A DNA stretch of 64,000 bases from Eledone cirrhosa. Lineage: Eukaryota. Both the position numbers and the translations under genes were made by a program. The notes below the pieces were generated by a model, which was not told where the DNA came from, did not search any database, and saw only the letters and a list, made by a program, of their open reading frames with translations. Position 1 is the first letter of the stretch. The number at the start of each line of letters is the position of its first letter. This document shows, in pieces, positions 37,791-53,000 of the stretch. Location of the stretch: NCBI GenBank assembly GCA_964016885.1, contig OZ024742.1, positions 160,642,001 to 160,706,000 of the forward strand, in the 5' to 3' direction.

Positions 37791-40700
37791 ATTGATGAAT
37801 AGTATGCATCGATGTCGAATTGGAGAAATGAAGCTGAGGGCTTATTTTTGATGTTGGTGAACCAATTGATAACTTGGGAAGTGTTTTCCCATAGCGGTAG
37901 TTTTACATGCTTCCTTATTTCTGTGATAATTTTATCAAGAATATTTTTGCTTATTACTCCGATGTCGGACTTAGATGCATACTATTCATCAATATCCCCC
38001 ATACTACTGAACAAAGCATTAATTTTCGCCAAAAATAGATCGGACTTAACTATGAATGAAATTAAGATCATCTCACACGCCAGACAAACTCTATTGGACT
38101 TCCAGGACGAGTATTGGACTAGGAATACTTATAGTGATTTATATGATATTACTATGGGCTCAATGGATTCCGCCCAGGTTACGGACCTGTGGGCCTCTTC
38201 CCCTTACATAATTTGAATTCCTCTTTTCCGCATCTCAATGGGCTCTATATCGCGATGACTTTCTTCTAGCTAATAATCTTAGTCTCTCAGCAATTGCGAG
38301 AAATAAAAAGCATATTAGGAAATTCCTCAAAAATTACTATAATCTTATGGTTACTTTTGAAAATAGCACTAAAATGGTCAATTTCCTCGACATCTCTTTA
38401 GACCTATCAACAGGCACTTACCAACCCTACCACAAACCAAACCAAAACCTCCATTATATACATTCACTATCTAACCACCCTAGTTCCATACTAAAAAATC
38501 TAGTCTTCAATATCTCACTCAGACTATCTAAATTATCATCTAGTGAAGAAATATTCTATAAAAATGCACCTTATTATAATGAGGCTTTAATTAGATAAAA
38601 TATTTTACATACCTAACACCATAAATACCCCTAGCATACAGCCAACAATAAGCAACAGACACCGTAGAAAACACCAAAAAGTTAGTGCCAGCAATAAAAC
38701 ACCGAAAAACCTAGATCCTACTATTACTCCCAATATCCACATTAACACAAATTCTCTAAAAATCATCAATCTTAACGATTCCGAATATTTCTATAACTTG
38801 CCTAATATTATTACTACAAATCGTGCGAAAACACCTAACTCCACTACTCTTAAAAAAGCAGTTAATAATAACACCTTATATCTTAATTCTCACAATAAAC
38901 CTAATGATATATCACCTATCTCATCGAACCTTCAACATAACCAAACTACACCCTTGCAATCCAAAAAACTAGAGAAACATATCCGAACTATCGTATATAG
39001 CAAGAATGATACCGAAATTCCAGGTCCTATCAATAATGCTCCATTAATAAAACACACAGTATCTTCTACAAATCAAACAAAAAGCAATAAATCAAAAGCT
39101 AATACAATTCAAAAATCTACTCAATAATTAGTTCACACCCATAATAACAATCACAATGTTATAATTTCATCTGATAACAATATTTACCCCAAACTTCTAT
39201 ACATACCCAATATAACAAGAGGAAACCTTTTAGAAACCATAAAAGAAATGTAACATGGTATAACGTTCCATTCAACTTGCAAACTATGGGCCAAATCCCT
39301 AAAAGATTTTTTACAATTCTCGATAAGTATTTCCCACCTAACCACAAATACCATCAAATCTTAAACAGAAATACAGTAACATTTTCTTACTCCACATCGA
39401 GCAATATACAACAAAATATAAGTGCATATAACATCTATAAATGTAAAAAAACTCCATCTATACCACACACAATAACACACCACACACAAGATAACTATGG
39501 TAATACTACAACGCATAACCAGAATATTACTGCATATTACCTGATGAATCCGCTCACTCACCTCACCAGCACAATATAGCAGACTACAACCAACTAGCAT
39601 CTTCCTCATCCTTAATAGGGACTAAGATTTACATACCCAATCTAACTAATAGCGTCCAAAACAACCATGACTCCATAAACGCTACATCAACTATAATTTC
39701 ACCTACTAGCAACAATTCGGATTATAACCACCCTACCGTAAACCCTTCTCTCCCAAATAAAAAGGTAAACACAAATACTAGCACTATTATTGAGAATATG
39801 GATAGCACATCTGAAACGCTATATGCAAACGGTTGTAATAGTAGAATAAAAGATAATTGCCTCTTAAATGGAAATTGCTTAATTAATAATATAGTATATA
39901 AATGTGTAATCACCACTAAAGACTCTAATCAATCCTATATAGGATCCACTTCTAATCCATTTAAATCGAGATTTTATGCACACATCCACGGTTTCCGAAA
40001 CACAAAATTAGCAAATACTACTTCTTTAGCAGAAGCAGTTAATAATTGTAAAAAGAAGAATATCAAATATAACCTAACTTGGAAGATTCTTAAGAGAACT
40101 ATTTCTTATCAGAGCAATTGAAGGGAGTGCGAACTATGTTCCCATGAAATTTTTGAAATTACTAAATCGAAGGACACTCTATTAAATAAAAGACAAAAAT
40201 TAATTTTAGTATGTAACCATAAAATTAGAAGGACATTCAAATATTATAAATACAACTAAACAAATATAGAAAAAGATATAGGTGAATAAACGTGTGAGTA
40301 TAGGTGTGTGTGTGAATATGTATATCTGTGTGTGTATATGTATGTATATGCATAAATGTATGCCTATATATAAACATGTGTGACTATACATCTATATATA
40401 TATATTTTTTATATTATATATTTTTAGAACGAATTATTCCTCACAACAAAGAAATAACTAACTTTTTAAGATTGTTCTATTCTTGATGTAACACACTAAT
40501 CTCAGTACCCCTTTTCCTCCAACCGTAATCTTCTTTGACCATCAACACTTTTATATACAATATGCCTAAATTCATTTACACTAAGAACTTTCATTTCTTT
40601 TCTTAAAAGACACTTGATACCTTATCCACTGCTGGCCTATTTATTCATCTACTACCACCAGCCTTAAGGATTTATATTGCCCCTTTCCATTCTTAACATT

Positions 40701-40960
40701 GGTCAATTTCAACCTGGTTATAAAACCTTCCTTATTCATATGTATGTTTTTTTGTATTCTTCAATAAACAAAACTCATTATTTCTGAAGACGGCAGGTAG
40801 TGAAGACGTATGTATCTTTTTCTTACTATGATATTTTGTAATATGTTTTACATAAATGAACATACAGGGAACTACCCCCCCAAAACGATCGTAAAATAAT
40901 GTGTTTTACTATAAATTAACAGTTTTGTTTAATTTCATTGTTTTAATATTTCTATATATA
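37791..40960 (+). mobile_element. Penelope-like element B with inverted 5' segment (37791-37972), decayed
   Basis: DAYYSSISP, TMGSMDSAQVTDL, YRDD, VNFLDISLDL..YQPYHKPN; GIY-YIG IVYKCVI..YIGSTSNPFKSRFYAH. Confidence 0.85.
40776..40901 (+). ncRNA. Hammerhead motif in Penelope B 3' region (G12>A, probably inactive)
   Basis: CAUUAUUU-CUGAAGA-..GGUAGU...ACUACC..-AAA-ACGAUCGU-A-AAAUAAUG; 8-bp stem I. Confidence 0.7.
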
Positions 40961-40999
40961 TTTATATATATATATTCTTCTTCTCTCCTCACTACTTTT

Positions 41000-41931
<932 letters not shown>

Positions 41932-42069
41932 TGTGTGTGTGTATTATATATATGTATGTGTGTGTGTATGAAGAGATCACAACATTAATGGACCTGTTAT
42001 TTTTCTCTAAAACATTTTTTTTCCGATTCCGCCCCACCCGTCCCTTCAATCTTTCTAATTGCTCATTCC

Positions 42070-42107
42070 TTCTTCTGTTGTAGGACTAACGTCCGAAACA
42101 TTTAGAT
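42070..42107 (+). ncRNA. Decayed copy of the 23828 hammerhead
   Basis: Core mutated to CUGUUGU; stem II GGAC/GUCC and GAAA retained. Confidence 0.5.
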
Positions 42108-42465
42108 GCTCTTCCTGCTATTTCAAGCGTTAACCTAATATATTCCTTCCATATACTCTACCGATTGTGTTGTTATTTCTGTTTACCTTTTATATATATA
42201 TATATATAACGTATGTATTACTCTGTTGATAGCTATATCATGCTGTAACCGGTGGTGACGGGTGAGGTCCCAGTATCTGAAACATGTGCACTTCTGCGTA
42301 TCGATCACATACAATTCTATGCTAAAATTGAAATTGTCAGTAGCTAAAAAATTCCCTCACACCTCGCCCACTTACGTTTCCTTCAACCGAAGCGTGTTGC
42401 ATTTTAACGGAGATAAATCAAAAACTCATTCAGATGTCACCCCACACATATATACACTCACACGA

Positions 42466-42511
<46 letters not shown>

Positions 42512-42619
42512 CTTTATATATCAATGATATTAATAAATGGAAACTATATTTATTTTATTATATTATATATATTTCCAGGGTACGAAAATTTTGGTACGCC
42601 CACATCAGATAAAATACAA

Positions 42620-44783
42620 AATTTGTTTTATAAATGTTGACATACCCAAGAAACCAGACCTTATCGGTTCAGGTTCAGTTTGGATAGTGAAAGAAATTTC
42701 AAATCCTTAGGAGGAATATGTAAATGAGGTTGAAACGTAAGGCTGAAAAAAGATCGTTATATTTAGACGCTAGGTAAATTTAAATAATTATTAGGATAAT
42801 TTATAAAAGGAAAAAAGAGAGGCTAATATTAATATTATGGTGTAAGAAAATTTAAGGAATGATTTTAAGAAAAAAATATAGTTAGAAATACACTATTATT
42901 ATTAAGATAAAATTGTATAGATCATATCAGTGATGGTGTAAAGAGAGTGATATAATTATATTTAATTAGTTAATTATATAGACATATATTTTGGTAGTAT
43001 CTATAAAATAATATGCGAGTTAAGAATGTGTTGAAGTGGTGAAATACCAATTTAAAATAAAAAAAAATAAAATTGAGATATATAACAAATTATTGGATCT
43101 ATTCAAATCATGAGTTATAATATAATATATATAATATTTATAAGTATATTTTAAGGTTGTAAGTATATTTTAGTTTATTATATTACAACGGGTTATTTAT
43201 ATAAGTATTTATATAAATATTTTTGGTGAGTATATATGTTGTTATTTTCACTAGATAGTAAATTAAATGTTAAGCGTTACGAAGAATTTTGTGTTTATAT
43301 TTTCAATATATAGTTAAGAAAAGGACGTAGTTATAAATTTTATTTGAGAAGATTATTTCGTACATTCAGATAGTTTAATCAAGTTAGGAAACATTCACAA
43401 AAAAAATTTATTAAGTCAACGAAAATAAATATTTATGTAAAGTTTAGTTTTTAAGTAGAAGGAATATTTAAGCGTGTTACATTATAAAGGAAAAGATAAC
43501 TCCAATGTTTCTTAGTTAAAATAATTATGTTACATATGTCATTTAATTCTAGAATTTACTTTTAAAGAAATATACAATTAAGATATATGCGGAATATAAG
43601 TAGAACTTTTTAATATATTATTTTGTATATAATTATAAGGTACTTTATATGTTTAGATGTTTTCAAAGATGAGAATTCTTTTATATATGTATTTAAATAG
43701 TATTATCTACATGAATGTATGTGTTAAATTCTATATAGTGAAAAAATATTATTACAGACATCATAAGTATATTTAGAAACATTATCAAAATTATCACAAA
43801 AAAGATATATTTCAAAATATCATTGAAAACCATTAAAAAGAATATCATTTGAAAAAGAATATCATTTGAAAAAAAGAATATCATTTGAAAAAGAATATCA
43901 TTTGAAAAATAATATTAGATAAAAAGAAAAATATCATTTCAAAATCACCACAAAATCTCGACATAGTGAAGACATATAAAATGTAAACAAGTGAAATATA
44001 TTCTATAGATTAAAAATACTTCTGAAAGTCATTCTTTGGCGATGTCTACAAGAACTGAATATTCCTTTCTTTTTGTTAATAGAGTTTCGGCAGGTAAGTA
44101 TATAAAATATTTCTTCAATACACAAATGACATATTCGTGAGAGAGCCATATTTCGGTATGCGGGCGTTTTCGAAATAGTTCCCCAAGAGATTGAATAGTC
44201 AATATTATTGTCTTTTAAGTACCAAATTAGATGTGAAAGTGATGTAGAACATTTTTATCGGATCTATTAAAAGTATGTTTGTGATTATACCAGCGTTCTT
44301 TAAATTTTTGTAAACGTGCCTCCTATATAGTTATATATTTTATCTCTAGTTTTTACTGTGCATTTGTATACTAAGTTTTTATCTAGGCAATTAATCTGTA
44401 AAGGGTAATTTGGTTCGTCTCTACAGTTACATCTTCTAGAGTTATTGTTACTATGAACGGTACTATTATTATTAGTATTAATACTGTTATTAGTAGTATT
44501 AATATTGTTATATTGGTTTATTTGGTTCGGGTTTAAAGTTAAGTTTCTATTATTAATTCTATTTATATTTTGTGCTATGTTCATCGTAGTAGAGTAAGAT
44601 AGTTTAATAGTATGTCTGTTAAAAATAGAGTGGTATATCTGGGATTCAGGAACACATTTACCTAACGCTTTGAAAAGTAGGTTTGCTACAGGTGTTTTAA
44701 TGCCTATTGAGAATGAGGGAGAGTACCAAATAATATTTCTGGTTCTAGTTCTTTTGTTTGATTTACTATTTATGTTAAATTGC

Positions 44784-44790
<7 letters not shown>
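42620..44790 (-). mobile_element. Penelope-like element C, 3' half (linker + GIY-YIG + long AT-rich 3' region; left boundary approximate)
   Basis: IIWYSPSFS, IFNRHTIKLSYS, CNC..PL..CL, LVYKCTV..YIGGT, then ERWYNHKHTF and CHLCIEE in another frame. Confidence 0.8.
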
Positions 44791-44854
<64 letters not shown>

Positions 44855-44856
<2 letters not shown>

Positions 44857-45366
44857 TTGAGTCACAGTCAGTGATGTTAGTTAACTGGAAAGTTTGTCGA
44901 AATGAATATCAAGCCACTACCTGCAGCCTCAGATATTCAGGACGTATCAGAGGGTTCTTGCTGTTCCCAGCAAGCATGCCTTTTGAAGCGTTCCAAAAAG
45001 CGTGAAGGGCCAATTTTCTTTAATCATCCCTGGAAACTTTTTGAGATAGTAACTAGTGCGCCTATGACAATCGGGACCACTTTGACTTTATGGCAATTCC
45101 AAATCCTTTTAACTCCCATTTTAAGTCCTAGTATCGGTTAATTTTCTCCCTCTCCTTCTCTTGCACTCTCGTGTCGAATGGGCAGGCCACATCCACAATC
45201 AGGCACGATCTTTTTTCTTTGTCCACAACCACCAGGTGGTTGTGGACAAAGAAATGTGTTCCAGTTTCTTGTCCATCTGTATCCTAAAATCCCACAGCAC
45301 CTTCACCCGATCGTTTTCTATCACCGACTCTGGTTTATGCTCATACCACTTCTCAGAATGTGGTAA

Positions 45367-45369
<3 letters not shown>
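44855..45369 (-). mobile_element. R4/Dong family A, short older 3' fragment
   Basis: Homologous to 45430-45940; (TTA)n on both sides. Confidence 0.85.
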
Positions 45370-45429
<60 letters not shown>

Positions 45430-45430
<1 letters not shown>

Positions 45431-46396
45431 CTTGAATCTCAGTCATTGATGTTAGTTAACTGGAAAGTCCGTTTGAATGAATATCAAGCCACTACCTGCA
45501 GCCTCAGATATTCAGGACGTATCGGAGGGTTCTTGCTGTTCCCAGCAAGCATGCCTTTTGAAGCGTTCCAAAAAGCGTGAAGGGGCCGATTTTCTTTAAC
45601 CATCCCTGGAAACTTTTGGAGATAGTCCCCAGTGCGCCTATGACAATCGGGATCACTTTGACTTCATGGCAGTTCCAAATCCTTTTTACCTCCCACTTTA
45701 AGTCTTGGTATCGGTTAATTTTCTCCCTCTCCTTCTCTTGCACCCTCGTGTCGAATGGGCAGACCACATCCACAATCAGACACGCTCTTTTTTCTTTGTC
45801 CACAACCACCAGGTCAGGACTATTGTGTTCCAGTTTCTTGTCCGTCTGTATCCTAAAATCCCACAGCACCTTCACCTGATCGTTCTCCATCACCGCCTTT
45901 GGCCTATGCTCATACCATTTCTCAGAATGTGGTAAATTGTTTACTTTGCACAGGTGCCAGTGGATCACCCTGCCCATCACATCATGTTTCCAGCCCTTAT
46001 AGTGGGTCTGGGCTAGGTGTTTACACTCGGATACAATGTCAGCCACAGTCTCCTCTCTCTCTCCACAGATCCTGCACAGTGGGCTAGCCTCCTCCTTGTA
46101 AATATGGTGTTTCAACCACTTCGTTTTGAGGGCCTGCTCCTGCGCAGCCATTAACATTCCTTCTGTAGCCTTTTTGAGGTCTCCTCTTCTCAACCAGTTC
46201 CATGTCTGTGGATCTCTAAATTCAGTTTTCTCAAAGAAGGTACTATGAAGGGATTTTCCCTGAAGGCTGCTCTTTCTCCTTGATGTTATTTCCTCCTTGG
46301 ACATCCCCTGGCCTATTGTCCCCTCCTTCGGTACAGTTCTGAGCATTGGCTCCTTACTATCAGTCACGTATTTGTGTAGGATGTTTTTCTCCATCT
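45430..46396 (-). mobile_element. R4/Dong family A, 5'-truncated (ORF 45504-46394, endonuclease domain)
   Basis: CCHC + PD..D motifs; (TTA)n on both sides. Confidence 0.9.
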
Positions 46397-46415
46397 CTTA
46401 TTATTATTATTATTA

Positions 46416-47917
46416 CAGTTGCATTTATCTTGCTTTATGTTCATACGAGTTATCACCAAGTCACAACCAGTGACCTCAAGAGACAACAAGGTCCGCCATG
46501 TTCAAGAAAGAACATACATATTCACACATGCATCTTTAGTGTTTAGACTTGTGATGTACTTATATTGACAGAATCTTCCTTAGTATATGGGCAGTTCCGA
46601 TTAGTACTATCTTTTGTATTTCTCCTATACGCGAGTTTCCTGGGATTTACGATATGTAATCATTAGACCCCTTAGGTATCATTCCCAGAGCGCCTACAAC
46701 CACTGGTATTGTCTTAGTTCTCAATTTCCACATTTTTTCCAATTTCCATCTCCAGGTCCTTATACTTGCGCAATTTTTCAAATGTTTTTATAGATACATT
46801 CTTGTCTATTGGAACAGACATATCAATTAGCAGGCATACCCTCTTTTGAAAGTCTTTCAATATTATATCAGGTCTGTTTGCATCTATTTTTCGGTCTGTT
46901 TGGATGCTAAAGTTCCACAAGATTGAGATGTGATCTTTTTCAAGTATGGGAGGTGGTTGATGCTCCCACCAATTCTTTTGATGGGGCAGGTCAAAATGCT
47001 TACACATTATCCAATGTATGTATCGTGAAGCTCTGTCATGCCTGTTTAGGTATTCGGTTGGAGCTATAGGACTGCACATTGAAATTATATGGTCAATGGT
47101 CTCTGGTTGTTTTTTGCATACACGGCATAATGGGCTGTACCCATTTTTTATTATGTTGGCTTGGTAATTTTTTGTTGGCAGACATTGATCTTGTGCCGAT
47201 ATAATCAGTCCTTCAGTCTCCGATTTCAGTCCAGAGGATGCCAACCACTGATGGGTTAAAGTTTTGTCAACATCATGATTGTTAGCTCGCTCTGGGTATT
47301 TTCCATACAGAGGCTTTTCTTGCCATTTCTTAGCCAGTTTCTGTAGCAGTTCTTTCTTTGCAGTTACTTTTACCTGCTTTGCTTTTTCTGTGTTTTCCAT
47401 TTCAGCAGTAAATGGGACTTCTGAAATTTGTAGTCCATTACTGTATTTTTGTGCATCTTCTGTAATGGAATATGATCTTTTGATGCTTTCGTGTTTCAAA
47501 ACGAGTTTGATCATCCAATCATGTGATTCCCTTAGATATGTAGATAATCCAATTGTTGCAGTTTCCAACGCAATGTCTAACTGGATTAAGCCACGTCCTC
47601 CTTCTTTCCTAGGGAGATATATTCTATCTATATCTGCCTTAGGGTGATACATTCTGTGCATGGTTAAGAATTTTTGAATTTTTGTATCGAGCCTACGGAT
47701 CTCTGTGCTTGACATTGTAACTGTAGGTTACTACTGGTATGGCAAGCGTGTTTATGGCATCGATCCTATTCCTTGCATTCAATTCCGTTCTTAAGATTGC
47801 CCTTACTCTGCGGTAACATTCCTTCCTTATCCTTTCCCTCATTGTCGAGTGCTTGATTCCGTCTCCTTCACAAACACCTAGATATTTGTGAGTTTTTTCT
47901 TGATCAAGTTCTCTTAT
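46416..47917 (-). mobile_element. R4/Dong family B, 5'-truncated, frameshifted
   Basis: Near-identical to 9342-10850. Confidence 0.9.
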
Positions 47918-47951
47918 TATTATTATTATTATTATTATTGTTATTGTTATT

Positions 47952-50073
<2,122 letters not shown>

Positions 50074-53000
50074 GGCGACCTACGTAGTAAATCGTATCAT
50101 CGTGAGCTCCGCAAAGGTTTGTTATTTCCGTTTGTTAAAAATTGTCATTTATGGAAAATTTTATTGTTAACTGTTTATAATCGCACATACATTGTTTTCC
50201 GAAAAGGACACCCAAAAAGATTGGGGCCTTGTGCCCAAAATTTAAACTTTTATTATTATCAAAAAATTTCTTTGAAAAAAATGGCTAATTCACCTCTGCA
50301 ACAAGCAGCTGAAAGCCTTCCTCACAAATTAACACCTCACACCGACACCACCATTGTAAATGTTACTACGTTTGCCAACACAAAAAAAATATAAGCAGTA
50401 GCAATATTTTAAATTTGTCTCAGGCAGACATTCATTTCCCGCCATTACCAATGACTGCAGGTGTTAAAGCCTCCACCACCACCACCACCGCGACAACCAC
50501 CACCCCCACCACCACCGCGACAACAGAAACAAAAGAAGAAAAAAATAAATTAACTCGTGATGTCGAAATGAAATCAAGCAAAATGGAATCTTCCCCACCA
50601 AAGACGACTGACGTCACCACCACCACAACTGAAACTAAAATTAATATTAACACAAATAACGATAGCAACAACAACAACAATGACATTATAAAACCGACCC
50701 TCAGTTTCGCCAGAGTAGCAAAACAGTTCGAAGCATTTACGGTAACTCAGGAGGATTTAGAAAATGCCAAACAAATGGTAAAGAAAGATGGGTACAGGGT
50801 CAGCCTCACCCCCCCACCTAATAAAATGGAGCATCGGCGCCTATGCACCGTGTCGTATAGAACAATAAATGTAAAATCGCGCCGAGTGGAACGGGCATCC
50901 GAGTCCCAAATCCAAAAAGCTTTGGGACATGTGTGGGCAAGAAAAACCCACATCAGACGTGGGCAAAAGTATGGAACCGTGGACGTGTTCTTTGAAACAC
51001 CAGAGGAGGCTAGAGAACACTCCATGGCCCCATTAAAAAGTGACGACTTCACACTCGTCCCAAGCTATTGTGGCCAGAGACTCGTAAAGATCAGGGTGAC
51101 CCACGTTCCACCAGCCATCGAAATTCCCTGGCTAATAGCGGCCGTCCTTGCCGGCATCGAAGCCAACACGAAAATAATAACAATAGCAAAAGAAAAGCAG
51201 GAAAACTGGTCCGGATCTGGGATGGAGCTCCTGATCCAAGCGGACCAAAAAAGCGTTGAGGAGATCCCAGAGGTAATAGACCTCACTGACGGCAGCCACC
51301 TCACGGTAATTGTCGAGGGCAGAAGACCTAGGTGTGTCGTTTGTGGTGAAGGAACCCACCTAAGGGCTTTCTGCCCTCAGGCTAAAAGGTTGAGGCCACC
51401 TCTCCTACCCACCCCAGTGACACTACCATCAACACCACCAGTAGCAGAGATGGCAGCAACAACTGTAGCAGCAACAACAGAAGCAACTATAACAGCAACA
51501 ACCCCAGCAACAGTAGCAAAACCAACACCACCACCAGCAAAACCAACACCACCACCACCCAACGCTTCAGAACTAGCACCAGCGCCTACACCATCCACCA
51601 CACCACAACCAAAACTAACGGCTGTGGAGGATTTTCCACTCCCCGGCCTATCACAACTGGAGACAGATTGTGACGACGAGGAGTGGGAAACGATATCCGG
51701 GGAAAAAAAAAAGAAACCAAAAAAGAAAAAATTCTCTTCCTTCCCCCTCCAAAAACAAAATACAGAGGGAAACAAATAAATTAAGAAACAAAAAAGTTAG
51801 GACAGATATGCCACCATCCACACCAGCATCACCAACCTCATCAAACCAAACACCAACACCATCACCATCATTAACCCCAACCCCACCATCACCTACACCA
51901 CAAAAGTCACCAAAATGCGAAACAGAAACAAACCCACACCAAATGCAAACAAAACAAAACAACCAAAACGATACACATTACACAGCATTAAATTTGAACA
52001 ACAAGCAATTATTACACTACATCCAACACAACACCAGCATCACAGAAAAAGACTACACAACAACCCCAAAATTCACACCACCTCCACACATACAAATTAC
52101 TCGCATCACACAGAAAACGTACATGACACTAAAACAAAAATTCCCCAAAGACATCGGAGACTTCCGACAAGCACTCTCCAGGAGGATTTATAAGGACATC
52201 CTTCCTGAGGAGGCCAGAAGCTGTGAAAAGGATGGAAAAACCGTCCTTCCCCTACGAGAAGTAAGGTAAGTGGTCTTTCCCATCCTTTCCACTCCTTTTC
52301 AACATGACCTCACTCAGAATAGGCAGCATAAATACGCGTGGCTTGGGGTCGTCATGGAAGCAGGGCCACCTGCTCAACGACCTCTGGTCACTAAACATAG
52401 ATGTAGTGGCCATCAGCGAGACCAGAATTTCCGAAGCACAGGCTTTCGCACCGATCTTCGGCGGCTACGATGTGTACGCATCTCCCAGCCGTCCGGGATC
52501 GGGGGTTGAGTTTCTTTGCTTTTTCGGAGAGGTTTGGATCTTGCCATACGGGCCAACTTCCTGGACCCAGAAGGTAAGTTGGTGGTGCTGGACGTGACCA
52601 GCGGAGACGGGCAAGCTTTCAGGTTAGTGGCCGTCTATGCCCCGACAGGAGCAGGGCGGCCTGATTTCTTCCGGCGTCTGGAGACCTTTCTTGGAACGTC
52701 CCGCTATTTAGTGTTAGTGGGCGACTGGAACGGGATCTTAGATGCACGCTGGGATTGTGTGGGATTAGTGGATAGGGAAGGAGGGTGCAAGAGTCTCACC
52801 AACCTGCTCAGACGTTTTGAACTGTCTGACAGGTACCGAATGGATTTCCCGAATGTACCAATGTGGACTTGGACAAATCGCATAGGGTCATCCAGATCAT
52901 ATCTAGATAGAGTATTGTGTAGGGAAATAGATAGGTCTAGCATAGGCTGTCCACAATTCAAGATAATCAGCTACACGGACCACAAATTCGTGATCTGTGT

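Larger units (their letters stand above)
34631..37795 (-). mobile_element. Penelope-like element A (5'-truncated, decayed)
   Basis: RT QFDIASYYSSIS, TMGASDSSQLTDL, GIYRDDGL; linker IIWYNAPFS; CNC..CPL..CL; GIY-YIG LVYECK..YFGSTSTSFKARFYNH; hammerhead in 3' region. Confidence 0.85.

Noticed and set aside
42250-42295. GAAACAUGU palindrome resembling a hammerhead half
   Set aside because: No CUGANGA core, and G at the cleavage position.
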